The notes below the pieces were generated by a model that was not told the DNA's origin, did no database searches, and worked only from the letters and a program-made list of their open reading frames with translations. This document shows, in pieces, positions 63,933-64,000 of a stretch of DNA of 64,000 nucleotides. The stretch comes from Octopus bimaculoides. Lineage: Eukaryota. The stretch spans positions 70,361,831-70,425,830 of the forward strand of contig NC_068981.1 in the NCBI RefSeq assembly GCF_001194135.2. The letters run 5' to 3'. The position numbers were made by a program, and so were the translations under genes. How positions within the stretch are numbered: position 1 is the stretch's first letter; each line of letters starts with the position of its first letter.

Positions 63933-64000
63933 TTAGGGAAAATAACCATGTTTCAAGAACTCATCGATGAAAATCTACTATCACATATAGAAAAATTAAT

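Overview
Eukaryotic, very AT-rich, gene-poor scaffold segment with 11 N-gaps, most of them flanked by (TA)n/(TG)n microsatellites, which points to a short-read assembly. The SINE families and repeat mix look like an octopus/coleoid cephalopod genome; this is inferred from recalled repeat sequences, not from a search. I recognise no host protein-coding gene, rRNA, tRNA or CRISPR array. Most ORFs in the supplied track are artefacts of microsatellites or gaps, or are antisense frames of transposons. What can be supported is a layered transposon landscape. (1) A young but defective Ty3/Gypsy LTR retrotransposon (6602-10647) with 284-bp LTRs differing at 3 positions and a canonical -1 frameshift signal. 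(2) Decayed hAT, Tc1/mariner (DD37D-like), RTE, R4/Dong-type, L1-Tx1 and Penelope GIY-YIG remnants. (3) A piggyBac-type MITE, Helentron/Helitron-like non-autonomous elements, and three tRNA-derived SINE families. The most interesting items are a 311-bp fold-back insertion with a 12-bp TSD that carries a minimal Penelope-type hammerhead ribozyme motif, a second unexplained 310-bp fold-back, the gag-pol frameshift cassette, and microsatellite-targeted LINE/SINE stacking. I do not see evidence for a wholly new multi-gene system.
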